24,602 nt of DNA from Candidatus Iainarchaeum sp. (GCA_017609985.1 JAFCCW010000019.1:1-24602), one strand, 5' to 3'. Positions 7,139 to 16,860 are shown, numbered from the stretch's first letter. The notes: a model not told the origin generated them from the letters alone. A program made the numbers and translations.

Positions 7139-10100
7139 CTAAGATTGTCCTTTAATCAGAATTGTTTTTCTCACCCAGACAAAGCAGACAGCAAGACTTG
7201 AAATAAATACTGCAATCCACAGCAAGTCTGTTGGTAAAGATGGAAGATCAAGTAGCGATCCAGAGCCAGAGCCAATATTCACATTCATGCTATTGCCTGT
7301 TGCATTTGATGTAACTGCCCCATCCGGCCCAACAGAGGTTCCAACACCAACCTGTTTGAATGCTTCAAGCAATGGAAGAAGCTGTGCATTTTCTGGATAC
7401 CACAAGCCCTTATCTGGATCGTAGTAAAAAGAACCATTCTTTCCCTGAGCAGATGTCAAAACCTCTTCAGGAGAATCATTGTATTTGAGCATTGGAATTC
7501 CGCCATCCGCTGAAAATTCAAGGTCATGAGTCTTTCCATCCTCTGTTGTTATCTTTATTCCATCAGCAGTCTGTTCTACTCCACCATCAACTATTTCAGA
7601 TTCATAGACTTCACCTGTCTGCTTGTCAATTACCTTGAAGAAGTTTTTGCAACAATCAAGGCCATTGCAACCGCCTTCTTCAACATATTTTGAATAAATT
7701 ATGAAACGTTTTGTGGGAGTATCAAACACCTGGAATGGGCCAAGATGTTTCATTGAGTCATTGAAGTTTTCAACTCTCGTGGAAATCATTTCAGAGCCTT
7801 CAGTAGCTATTGCACTTAAGTCAACTGCTGGCTCAGGACAGTTTGTAACAGGATTTGTAACCTGTGTTAAATCTGCTTTCAATCCAGCCACATCTGTTTG
7901 ATTAAGCACTGCATTCTTGTGGTGCTTTAACCAGACAATAAGCTCGTTTGTTTCAGGCTTGTAGACTATTACTCCGTTTTCAAACTGGATTGAATCAAAC
8001 AAGCCAACATTTACATCTCTGCTGTTTGAAAGCTTTACTTCTCTGCTTCCATAAACCATCGCGTGTGCGCCTGTTCCCTCTACAACTTCTCTTGGAACTC
8101 CCTCTGCAATAATTATTTTTTCAGAAGGCTTTACCAAAATAGCAGGATGTGAATCAGTAACTATTGATTTTACTTGTCCAAAAGCATCCGTAAGATTGCT
8201 TGAATAAAGCGGGACAGCAGTCTGTTCAAGAACACCTGCTTTTATGCAGTCTAAAACCTGTTTGTCAAGAACCGTAAACCTGCCGTCAACATCAAGCCTG
8301 AACAAAGGACCTGTTCCAGACAACTTAACCTTTGTCAGATTCTGTGGAATTTCCTCAGCAGGAATATTTGTATTAGTGCTTGTTAACCTTACAGCATCCT
8401 CATCATCAATCACGCCTTCTCCGTTTACCTTAATTTTTCCATCTTCAAAATCAATGTCAACATCAATTCCATTTTCTTTGTCAGAAATAACTTTTTTGCC
8501 ATCCTCTCTGTACTTGGAGGCATTGGTTTCCCCCTTAAACCAGTGATAGAACAAAGCAGGACTGGAGATTTTTCCGCTTGACTCACCCCTCATTGACACA
8601 ACGGATTCTACAACATCCGGCTTTGTCTGGCTTTTAGTGAATTTTTCGACTTGTTCCTTTACTTTTTGAGCCTGCTCTGCTAGTGCTCCGCCCTCTCCTC
8701 CGCTCAGCGAATCCATTACAGTATTTGTTCCATCGCTTACCATCTCACTAATGTTTTCAGCTGAAAGCTTGCTTGCTTGCTCTGTTCCCTCTGCTTCTTT
8801 GTCAGAAGCCGCGAACATGTGAGTATAATATCCTTCTTCAGTGTCAATGCACCCAGCAATCTTTGGAGCAACCATTATTTGTTGAACAACTGTTGAAAAA
8901 CCTCCGCCAGCCCAGCCGAACAAGAAGTAAGACAATGATTCTCCTGCAGCCATGACTCCTCCAGCCCTGCTTCCAAGATCCCAGCCAAGCAATGCTTCCT
9001 TAACAGCTTCCCTGCATGTGTTTCCCTCTCGCTCTGCCTTGACAAGGTCAATGGGTTCGCCGCCCTCTTCTCCAACCATGTTAGTGTGATGTGAAAAAGA
9101 AATAAGTGTAGTGCCTATTTCTCTTGCTTCTTTTCCAGCATCCTCAACCATATAAGCATCCAAGTTACCAGTTACGTCAAATGCTGGGCTGAAATCTTTG
9201 CCAGTCTGAGAATTTATAACTGAGGTGCAGCCATAGCATCGTTGAGAAGTAGTCATGTAAAGAGCAATGTTCTCAACCTTGTTTCTCACACCAGTGCCTG
9301 TTAACTGCTGAAATGTTTTCTTCAATGGATTGTATTTTTCTGAAACAGTGTCAAGAATCATCTTCCAAGGCAGCTTGTTTAAAACCTGTGAAAAGATATC
9401 CCCCTGGTCACTTCCAGCGTTTGCAAAATAGTCAATGTAAGCATCCTGATAGATTGGATTGTTTCCAAGAACTGAAGAAATTTCTTCCCAGGATTCAGGA
9501 AGCATGTAAGCTGAGAGACCAGAAGCAGCATCTTCTCCAACAATCTCTGCCCCTCCTCTCTTAACTTCCCAGAAGATGAATGGATAGAGAGTCCACTTAA
9601 CCCCGCCCTTTAAAATAAAATAATCTTTAAGAAGCTCGTCCTGCTGTGCAAAGGCTTTGTCAAGTGCACTGAAAAAACGCCTTTCAATATAGTTGGATTC
9701 TCTTAATGTCTTGTAAAAGTCATCAATATTTTTTGTGACAGCACTATATTTACTAAGACTTCTGTCTCTCACAAGCAAGTCCGAGAAATCCAACGGAGTC
9801 CAGTCACCAGCATGTTCCCAGCCACCGTCAAGAATTTTTACGTCACCGGAAATATTTGACTTAATAAAATTCATATTGTGTTCTGCAAGCTGCATTCTCT
9901 TGCCGTTGTCAAGCTGAACAAACTTATCCTTGTATTTTGACAAAGCCTGCTCTATGTTGTCAGCAGGAACTGATGCAATTTCATTTCCAGCTCCAATCCG
10001 ATAATAGGATAATGCTTCGCCCCCGTTTTTTGTCACATACGCAGTGTTAGAGCCAACCTCGGGGGTTGCAATGCTTTTAAAGTCAGGCTGTTTTCCAAAT

Positions 10101-11143
10101 TCCCTCATTATTTTTCCGATGTGCGTACTGTCTCCGGAAAGTTCATAAAACTCGCCAGTTGTTGCATCCTTTACAGCCATGTCATACATTCCCGAGAATG
10201 ATTCACGGCTAAAGTATTCAGGAAAATCAAGTGAAATAGTTGCATCCATGCTCTCGTAAAGACCTGATACCTTGCTACCATAGTTTACTCGTGCTGCCTG
10301 CCCAGCAGGATGATTGAATGGATCTTCAATGCCTTGCTTTCTGAGAAGAGCAATTAAGTTATCAAATTCAGACTTTGCCTTGTCCATCATTGCCTGGTTT
10401 GTTTTTTGATAGCCTCTGATTTCTGCAACACTTTTTGCAAGCTCTCTTCGCCTCACAGGGTCAGTTATTTTTCCAACAATTCCTTCCTCCGGATCCATCA
10501 TATTATTTTTAAATTTTCTCCAGCCACTGCCCGCAGTAAACTTGTAACCGCCAGTCCAGCCGTCAGTGGATTCAATCAAAGGCTCGTACACATCGTAGAG
10601 ATGATACTTGGAAAGCCGGTTGTTAAACTGGTTCAGCCTCTGCTTTCCAAACCACTGGTCTGGTCTTGTGAAAGTGTTTCTAAACCATTGATGGAATTTT
10701 GAATTGGAAATATCCCAAAACCATCCGCGCATTTCTGCCCCGCCAAGAAGTCTGCCTGCCTCTGAAAAAAAAGTTGGGCCAAAATTGCTCACAACCATTT
10801 CCGCAGAAAACCAAGAATTAAAGTATTTGTCAAAAAGAGAATAGGTTGAAATAATTGTTGCTCCTGATGTTCCATCAGTTTGTGTCTTTGCAGTAAATTC
10901 ACGGGTAAGAATTGAATTAGGAATTAAGTCAACATCAGTGTTTCTCTGCAAAAACTGGTACTGGAATGTTTGACCAAGTGACACGATATGTTCTTTTGCA
11001 TTTAGAATCTGGTCTTTTGCTTTTGCAACAGTTGATGTGGATGTGTTTTCATCACCTGTGCTTCCTGAGCTATTGTCGCCACTGCCTGTGCTATTTTTTT
11101 CCTCATCAGCATTGTTTTCGCCACTGTCTTCAGTTCCTTTACT
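7139..11143 (-). CDS. Giant cell-surface protein, C-terminal part (about 1330 aa open frame) with C-terminal TM anchor; probably joined to 11002-11796 by a -1 frame change
   Basis: The frame stays open upstream of the GTG at 10984 as far as a TGA at 11144-11146, and encodes an S/G/N/T/D linker there. It has no signal peptide of its own. It ends SGSGSLLDLPSLP-TM(LLWIAVFISSLAVCFVWV)-RK. Confidence 0.8.
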   Translation of the reverse strand, partial: SKGTEDSGENNADEEKNSTGSGDNSSGSTGDENTSTSTVAKAKDQILNAKEHIVSLGQTFQYQFLQRNTDVDLIPNSILTREFTAKTQTDGTSGATIISTYSLFDKYFNSWFSAEMVVSNFGPTFFSEAGRLLGGAEMRGWFWDISNSKFHQWFRNTFTRPDQWFGKQRLNQFNNRLSKYHLYDVYEPLIESTDGWTGGYKFTAGSGWRKFKNNMMDPEEGIVGKITDPVRRRELAKSVAEIRGYQKTNQAMMDKAKSEFDNLIALLRKQGIEDPFNHPAGQAARVNYGSKVSGLYESMDATISLDFPEYFSRESFSGMYDMAVKDATTGEFYELSGDSTHIGKIMREFGKQPDFKSIATPEVGSNTAYVTKNGGEALSYYRIGAGNEIASVPADNIEQALSKYKDKFVQLDNGKRMQLAEHNMNFIKSNISGDVKILDGGWEHAGDWTPLDFSDLLVRDRSLSKYSAVTKNIDDFYKTLRESNYIERRFFSALDKAFAQQDELLKDYFILKGGVKWTLYPFIFWEVKRGGAEIVGEDAASGLSAYMLPESWEEISSVLGNNPIYQDAYIDYFANAGSDQGDIFSQVLNKLPWKMILDTVSEKYNPLKKTFQQLTGTGVRNKVENIALYMTTSQRCYGCTSVINSQTGKDFSPAFDVTGNLDAYMVEDAGKEAREIGTTLISFSHHTNMVGEEGGEPIDLVKAEREGNTCREAVKEALLGWDLGSRAGGVMAAGESLSYFLFGWAGGGFSTVVQQIMVAPKIAGCIDTEEGYYTHMFAASDKEAEGTEQASKLSAENISEMVSDGTNTVMDSLSGGEGGALAEQAQKVKEQVEKFTKSQTKPDVVESVVSMRGESSGKISSPALFYHWFKGETNASKYREDGKKVISDKENGIDVDIDFEDGKIKVNGEGVIDDEDAVRLTSTNTNIPAEEIPQNLTKVKLSGTGPLFRLDVDGRFTVLDKQVLDCIKAGVLEQTAVPLYSSNLTDAFGQVKSIVTDSHPAILVKPSEKIIIAEGVPREVVEGTGAHAMVYGSREVKLSNSRDVNVGLFDSIQFENGVIVYKPETNELIVWLKHHKNAVLNQTDVAGLKADLTQVTNPVTNCPEPAVDLSAIATEGSEMISTRVENFNDSMKHLGPFQVFDTPTKRFIIYSKYVEEGGCNGLDCCKNFFKVIDKQTGEVYESEIVDGGVEQTADGIKITTEDGKTHDLEFSADGGIPMLKYNDSPEEVLTSAQGKNGSFYYDPDKGLWYPENAQLLPLLEAFKQVGVGTSVGPDGAVTSNATGNSMNVNIGSGSGSLLDLPSLPTDLLWIAVFISSLAVCFVWVRKTILIKGQS

Positions 11144-11796
11144 TCATCTGGAGTTGCGCCGGTTTCCTCAGTAAACTTTGCTCTTAAATTTTCATATTCT
11201 TCGGCGGAGAGTTCAGGGGGTTTTTCTACAAAAATGCTTTTGAAGTCGTCCCAGACATTTCCAAAATTCTGTTTTATTCCCTCTCCAGAATTTCGATAAG
11301 CAAGATTTTTTCCCTGAAGCATGCAACTGTTCAGGTCAAGCTCTCCAGCTTCTTTGGATTCACACCTGCCTATTCGGATTGTGTCCTCAAGAACTATGCC
11401 AAAAGCAAAAGGCCCATTATAGTGAGTGTTGATTAGATGAGAAACTTCCTCTGGATTAATTTTTTGAGAAGGCATTTCCTGTTCAATGGCTAGCTCGTCA
11501 CTTGCTTTTACAAGAAGCGTGTTCTGGTCAAGAACATCTCTGTCAAGGTCAGGTTCTGTTCCGGAACTGAGCTCACCCCCAGTAAAACCCTTGTTTATTG
11601 TTTCATCGTATAATTTCTGAACCTGTTTTGGGCCAAGGGAAGTATTTGTGCAAGCAAAACTGTTTGTGCTGGTTTCAACAACTGGCACTGCAACAGGCAC
11701 TGGGTTTTCTCCACCCACATCTGCAAAAACAGGCAGAAACATTGAATTCAAAAAGAGATAGAAAACAATTAGCGAATAAATTTTGTTCCATTGCAT
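11002..11796 (-). CDS. Secreted protein, N-terminal part of the giant surface protein (Sec signal peptide)
   Basis: MQWNKIYSLIVFYLFLNSMFLPVFA|DV signal peptide. ATG at 11796 overlaps the upstream TGA (TGATG coupling). The 3' end overlaps the downstream frame by about 140 nt. Confidence 0.8.
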   Translation of the reverse strand: MQWNKIYSLIVFYLFLNSMFLPVFADVGGENPVPVAVPVVETSTNSFACTNTSLGPKQVQKLYDETINKGFTGGELSSGTEPDLDRDVLDQNTLLVKASDELAIEQEMPSQKINPEEVSHLINTHYNGPFAFGIVLEDTIRIGRCESKEAGELDLNSCMLQGKNLAYRNSGEGIKQNFGNVWDDFKSIFVEKPPELSAEEYENLRAKFTEETGATPDEVKELKTVAKTMLMRKKIAQAVATIAQEAQVMKTHPHQLLQKQKTRF

Positions 11797-12329
11797 CAAG
11801 AACCACCGTAAATAAACATGACAAGCGCAAGCAATAACCAGGGCATTACAAACAGCACTAAAGCAATCACTATCAAAACAGTTAAATAAACTGAGGCAAA
11901 GACTTTCAGCATTGTTTTTCCAACAAATTTTTTGTCAAGGAAAGAAAAAGCAAGAGAGGCAATAAGTTCAAATGGAATCACAATAATTGTGAGAACAAGT
12001 GACTTGAGCAAGAGAGAAACAAATGTTGAAATATTGTAGAAAATTACATCCTGTGCACTTGGCAGAAATTCAGGCGGAACAGTGCCTTTAAGGTCAAATG
12101 GTACAGAAAGCAGCGGAAAGAAATACAAAAAGAATATTAATAAGGTTACAATTACATATGTGGAAATGAACGAGGTTTTAACCCAATTCATGTCCAGTTT
12201 TTTTGAAAGCTTTGACTGTATTGCTGCAGCAATTAATGCCAGCCCGAAAACAGGAATTGAAAGCAGTAATCCTGTTTTCAACAGATCAAAAACCGAAATT
12301 AGGAAAACTACGACTAAATCAAGAACCAT
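11796..12329 (-). CDS. Integral membrane protein (about 4-5 TM), co-transcribed with the giant surface protein
   Basis: Almost entirely hydrophobic 177 aa, with stop/start overlap to the next gene. Confidence 0.8.
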   Translation of the reverse strand: MVLDLVVVFLISVFDLLKTGLLLSIPVFGLALIAAAIQSKLSKKLDMNWVKTSFISTYVIVTLLIFFLYFFPLLSVPFDLKGTVPPEFLPSAQDVIFYNISTFVSLLLKSLVLTIIVIPFELIASLAFSFLDKKFVGKTMLKVFASVYLTVLIVIALVLFVMPWLLLALVMFIYGGS

Positions 12330-12352
12330 GTGAAAATTAACATTAAAACTAC

Positions 12353-12361
12353 TATAAATAA
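12353..12361. promoter_or_regulatory. TATA element in a divergent promoter region
   Basis: TATAAATAA on + (TTATTTATA on -), about 24 nt from ATG 12329 (-) and upstream of the GAGGTG RBS and TTG start at 12399 (+). Confidence 0.5.
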
Positions 12362-12398
12362 CTTTTCAAAGATGATTGGCGGAGAAGAGGTGCATTAA

Positions 12399-14711
12399 TT
12401 GATTGAATTGTTAGGGCAAGCAGCGTATCTTTTTGTTGGATCTGCTTCTGCAGGATACATTCTTTTAAGAATTGGCTGGCCTTCAACCCGCGGCCTTAAC
12501 GAAAGCTACAAGGCGGGCTGGGCAATAGTTATAGGAGCCTTGTTTGCAGTTGTTGCCCTTATTATGGCAATAGTTATTGCTGGTTTTGGAATTGGAAATC
12601 CATTGCTGGCTTCTGCTTCACTTGCATTTATAATCAGCGGAATTGCTCTCAGCACGAAAAGAAAGACAATTGCAAAAAAAAGAGTGAGAATTTCTATTCC
12701 AAAAAAGATTTATGTAAACAAAGCAGAGGGCAAACGCAAAGAAAAACTATTGATTGCATCAAAAAAGATTCCGGAACACAGAGCAAGAGAATTAAGAGAA
12801 CTGCTTCATGAAAAAAGTGAAAAGAAAAAAGAGGAGAAAGAAAAAGATGCTGAAAAAAACAAAACTGCGGAAGGAATTGACAATGTTTTGAAAAATAAAA
12901 AAGTTGTTGAAAAAACAAAAGAAACTGAAGAAAAAACAGAGAACGCAAAGAAAGAGAATTTGTCGGTAGTCACTGAATCAAAAAAATTATCTTTTGTTTC
13001 AAAATTTAGAGACGGGAAAGAAAAAGAGACAGACAAAGAAGAGGTTGTTGACAAGATTGAAAAAGAATGGAGCAAGCTTGAGAAAAGAGGAGAAAAATCT
13101 AAAAGAAAGCAAGCTGGAGCTGGCTCAAACTTAAAGACTTCGTTGTTTGGATTTCTTTCCCGAAAAAAAGATGACAAAAAAGAAGTCTCAGAAAAAAAGC
13201 AATTGTCAGAACCGGAAACTAAAACCGGGCAAACCGCAGAAAAACCTGAACAAAAAGTTTCAGAAGAAAAAAAAATCCAAGGCAAAGAAAAAACTGAAAC
13301 TGGTTATGAGCGACTGCCAAGAAGATTTTCTTCCAGACAAGAGAAAAGAATGAAGGAACAAAAAAGAAGGGGACAAGAAAGAAAAGCAGAACAAAAATCA
13401 GAAAGCAAGATTTCAGGAACTGAAAAATTAAAACTTGCCTTGTTTGGAGCACACACAAAAGACTTTAAAAAAGATAATCTGGAAGAACAAAAGAGTGGAG
13501 AAGAAGGCAAGGAGTCATTCAAACAAGACCGGGGCAAAGAAGAGGAAACAAAAACAATTGGACAGATATTAGCAGACCAGACTCTTGAAGAATCCAAGCC
13601 AGAGAAGACGCACGGGGCTGAAGCATTTAAGAGAATTGTTGAAGACAAAGAACTTGAACTTTTAGAGAGAGAAAAATCAATATCTGAAAAGGCAAGACTT
13701 GCAAGACAGTCAGTTATTGAAAGTGAAAAAACTGAGCAAGAACTTGAAGAAACTGAAAAACAAGAAAAGGAAATTTCTGAAAAAAGAGATGAAGAAGTAA
13801 AGAAAATAATGAGCAAGCTTAAGTCGATTTCAGAGAAAAAAAAGAAACCAAGCAAGAAAAAGAAAAAACACACCCCGAGAAGGCTCAGAAGATTCAAAAG
13901 AGCAGAGGGACAGGAAATTTCAGAAGAACAAGAAGATGAAATATCAGACGCACTTGGATCAAGCATGCCAAGAGACAGTTTCAAGGGAACTGATTTAGGG
14001 GAAGAAAGTGAAGATTTGTTTGAGCAGATTGATTCTGGAAAAGGCGAGAGAACACGAAAGCTTGCTTCAGAAGAATACGAACTCTTTGTTTCAAAACACA
14101 GGCGTGTTCCAAAAGGAAGAGAATATGATGAGATTGCGTCAAATCTTTACGACCAGATAAAAGATGATGGTAGTGGAGAAGAACATGGTCGAGGAAGAAG
14201 AAGCAGAAGAGATGAAAGCCTGGGCGAAGAAGAAAAAGAAAAAACCAGCAGAGGAAGAAGAAGCAGGAGTTCAAGGCACGGTAAAAGAGATGAGCAAGAA
14301 AACGAGGAAGAACCAGGGGAAATTAAGGATATTGAAGACAGTGATGTTGGCGAAACAGGATCAATGGAAGATTTGAGTGTAAAAGAACTTCTGGGAGCTG
14401 ATTCTGGAAAAGATACCGCAAACCAAGCAATTGAAAAAAGCAGTAATTTTGAGGGTGGCGTGCCAGACTTTTCTGAAGACCTTGAATTGAAAGGACTGGA
14501 AGACGGAGTAGACAATATTTCTGAAGAACTTGAAACAGACAAAAACTCTTGCCCAAGTTGCAAGAGCAAGACAGGTGAACTAATTTTTTGCTTTGAATGC
14601 GGAACAGGTTTTTGCCCACACTGTGCAACAAAAGCAAAGAAAATTGGAGACATTACACATTATTCTTGTCCAAAGTGTGGAGCAGAAGTAAAAGTTAGAC
14701 CTAAGATGTAA
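12399..14711 (+). CDS. Membrane-anchored protein with long charged disordered region and C-terminal double zinc ribbon
   Basis: Three N-terminal hydrophobic helices, more than 600 aa of K/E/R/S-rich low-complexity sequence, and C-terminal CPSC..CFEC..CPHC..CPKC. GAGGTG precedes the TTG start. Confidence 0.82.
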   Translation: MIELLGQAAYLFVGSASAGYILLRIGWPSTRGLNESYKAGWAIVIGALFAVVALIMAIVIAGFGIGNPLLASASLAFIISGIALSTKRKTIAKKRVRISIPKKIYVNKAEGKRKEKLLIASKKIPEHRARELRELLHEKSEKKKEEKEKDAEKNKTAEGIDNVLKNKKVVEKTKETEEKTENAKKENLSVVTESKKLSFVSKFRDGKEKETDKEEVVDKIEKEWSKLEKRGEKSKRKQAGAGSNLKTSLFGFLSRKKDDKKEVSEKKQLSEPETKTGQTAEKPEQKVSEEKKIQGKEKTETGYERLPRRFSSRQEKRMKEQKRRGQERKAEQKSESKISGTEKLKLALFGAHTKDFKKDNLEEQKSGEEGKESFKQDRGKEEETKTIGQILADQTLEESKPEKTHGAEAFKRIVEDKELELLEREKSISEKARLARQSVIESEKTEQELEETEKQEKEISEKRDEEVKKIMSKLKSISEKKKKPSKKKKKHTPRRLRRFKRAEGQEISEEQEDEISDALGSSMPRDSFKGTDLGEESEDLFEQIDSGKGERTRKLASEEYELFVSKHRRVPKGREYDEIASNLYDQIKDDGSGEEHGRGRRSRRDESLGEEEKEKTSRGRRSRSSRHGKRDEQENEEEPGEIKDIEDSDVGETGSMEDLSVKELLGADSGKDTANQAIEKSSNFEGGVPDFSEDLELKGLEDGVDNISEELETDKNSCPSCKSKTGELIFCFECGTGFCPHCATKAKKIGDITHYSCPKCGAEVKVRPKM

Positions 14712-14721
14712 TAAGTAAGGC

Positions 14722-15585
14722 CTAGGGCGTAATGGACACAGGTGGACAATCAGATGTTCCAATTACACAGCACCTCAAATGAGAGTTGTCTCCTTCAAGC
14801 AATGGAAGGCCATCATTTGGTTCCGGAACTTCTCCAGAATGCCACATTAAGAGATAAGCTGTTGCAACAGGCCACTCTGTTTCAAAATGCGAACCAGCAG
14901 AACGTGATTGAGTCAGCTTTGGAAGCTTTATTGTAGTACTGCTTTGAAATATATCCCCAATGTTTACAAGAAAATTATTTGTAAAGTCATCCATTGAAAC
15001 TGGATTGCAATAGTATTCTACACGCTGGGCATCGGAAACAGTTTTGTATCTCCCCTCTCCCTCAAGCGCGTATTTTGTCCATTTCAGATACATGTAAACA
15101 AATTCATCTGTTACAGCAGAACCAGGATCAGGTTCTATGTGAATATAGAAAACATAGTTGAAGACATCGCTTTGCGGAGCCATAACTCCCTTGACAACAG
15201 AAGTAAGGGTTTCCCTGTAATCATCCAGCATGCTGTCATCAGCATAGTCTTCTTTAATAGCAGTAATCAGGTAGTCTACTTCTTTTGCATCAGAGATAGA
15301 AGCAGAGTCTCCACGCGGAACAGTAACATACATTATTGTTTTAAGAGATGAATCAATGTATTCTGCAAAATATTGTTTGTCAAGCTGTTTTGTTACAAGA
15401 AAGCCGTACTGAGTTGAAGAGATAAGCAGGAAAACTGAAAGCACTGAAACAATCATTAAGAAAAACATTGCATCTGTCACAGAAGCTTGTCCATTTGAAT
15501 CCCTTGATTTTGATTGATTCAAAGACCAAGCTTGGTTTGAATACAATGATTGCTTTAATTGCTTTAACTTGATTAATAAGCCCAT
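14722..15585 (-). CDS. Pilin-like protein with class III signal peptide (minor pilin)
   Basis: SNG|QASVTDAMFFLMIVSVLSVFLLISS. Last gene of the pilin run. Exact start uncertain. Confidence 0.75.
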   Translation of the reverse strand: MGLLIKLKQLKQSLYSNQAWSLNQSKSRDSNGQASVTDAMFFLMIVSVLSVFLLISSTQYGFLVTKQLDKQYFAEYIDSSLKTIMYVTVPRGDSASISDAKEVDYLITAIKEDYADDSMLDDYRETLTSVVKGVMAPQSDVFNYVFYIHIEPDPGSAVTDEFVYMYLKWTKYALEGEGRYKTVSDAQRVEYYCNPVSMDDFTNNFLVNIGDIFQSSTTIKLPKLTQSRSAGSHFETEWPVATAYLLMWHSGEVPEPNDGLPLLEGDNSHLRCCVIGTSDCPPVSITP

Positions 15586-16151
15586 AACACAATCACCAAA
15601 ACCATTGGCCTGACTGCAAACTTGCTGTCAAGCGTTCTTGCCATGTCAGGATTACTCTCTGACCAGATTTTTGTTGTTTGAAGAGCAATAGGATACTGTA
15701 CTACAACATAGTCTCCGCTTCTTGAAGAAGCATCTTCTTCAACATTAGTGCACCTGAAATCCTGTCCTGTTTCAGGGTCTTTGTAGAATTGAATGTCCAA
15801 AACATTAACTGTTTCGTAAACATCTTCAATCTTTTCTTCACCGATTTTAAGTTCAACCAAGCCAGCTCTGTACTTGAGCTTTTTGATTCCAAGAGAATCG
15901 CAGACTTTCTGAAATGAATCATGTCCTTGAATATATGCCGCAGACCTCATTTCAGCAGTAATCTTTGAAGACTCAACAGATCTGTCAAAAACAGTGTTGT
16001 GTCTGTCAAACTCGTTCAAGGAATATGAAAAAACTCCAAAGAAAAGAACAAGAGCAAAGATAAGTGGAATAAGGCTGGGAATATCATCTCCAATCGGACC
16101 AATAAAACCTTTTTTGTTAATCACCACTTTTTCGTTAATCACCAATATCAC
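15573..16151 (-). CDS. Pilin-like protein with class III signal peptide
   Basis: NKKG|FIGPIGDDIPSLIPLIFALVLFFGVFSYS. The start may be one of the downstream GTG codons. Confidence 0.72.
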   Translation of the reverse strand: MILVINEKVVINKKGFIGPIGDDIPSLIPLIFALVLFFGVFSYSLNEFDRHNTVFDRSVESSKITAEMRSAAYIQGHDSFQKVCDSLGIKKLKYRAGLVELKIGEEKIEDVYETVNVLDIQFYKDPETGQDFRCTNVEEDASSRSGDYVVVQYPIALQTTKIWSESNPDMARTLDSKFAVRPMVLVIVLWAY

Positions 16152-16860
16152 ATCCGCAAGTCCACTCGCTCACAGTATCAGATTCACAGCAGGGAGCTAG
16201 AGGAAAACAGGCTCCTTCAAAACCGCGCTCTTTTTTTATCATACAGCCAACTAAACCAAGATTTTCTTCACAAAAGCCTCCGTCTACTCCCCCTTTTGAA
16301 GAGCAGGCAATGATGTAGATTGTTTTTTCTCCCTCATATCTTTCCATTAAAATTGTTACTGCATCTTTTGGAATTTGCTCTCCCCACATGTCTCTCTGAG
16401 GATCAATTAGAAGAGAATCAGATTCTTCAAAAAAACACTTGTTTCTTGTCTCATCCTCAACCCATTCAAACAAGCGAACATTTGCAAAGGTTTCAAAATC
16501 GGTTCCGCCAATTATTTGGGTTGGGTCAATTCTGCTTGCTGCTTTGAGGAGAATATAGTTTTTGCCAGAGTCATTTTCAACAAGCTTTGAAATTTTAACA
16601 GTGTAAAAATAACGTCCACCAGAAGCAATATCTGCAAAATAGTCAATGTATTTTGGAACTGAATTAATAGGGCTCCTGTCACAGATTGATTCCGAATCAA
16701 TCTTGTTGTAGATGTCGCTTCCTATTCTTTTGTCAATTATTTGCTGAGCAGAGTACTTGACCAGAACAGTGCTCCAGCCAAACATGAAGTAAGTGAGAAT
16801 AACAAACATGGAAAGAACAAGAATTAGCAAATTTATTTTGCTTATTGTAAAACCAAACAT
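16135..16860 (-). CDS. Pilus-associated single-TM Cys-rich protein (no class III leader)
   Basis: MFGFTISKINLLILVLSMFVILTYFM N-terminal helix, 10 Cys, GAGGTGA RBS upstream, embedded in the pilin operon. Confidence 0.75.
   Translation of the reverse strand: MFGFTISKINLLILVLSMFVILTYFMFGWSTVLVKYSAQQIIDKRIGSDIYNKIDSESICDRSPINSVPKYIDYFADIASGGRYFYTVKISKLVENDSGKNYILLKAASRIDPTQIIGGTDFETFANVRLFEWVEDETRNKCFFEESDSLLIDPQRDMWGEQIPKDAVTILMERYEGEKTIYIIACSSKGGVDGGFCEENLGLVGCMIKKERGFEGACFPLAPCCESDTVSEWTCGCDIGD

Noticed and set aside
12694-14762. Several long antisense ORFs (up to 226 aa) rich in S/F/L
   Set aside because: Mirror images of the A/G-rich low-complexity sense gene, a composition that depletes antisense stop codons. 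No independent coding features.
16116-16144. 11-bp direct repeat GTTAATCACCA (18-bp period) at a gene junction
   Set aside because: Explained by a small duplication of the GGTGA RBS/start region. It only makes the start codon ambiguous.
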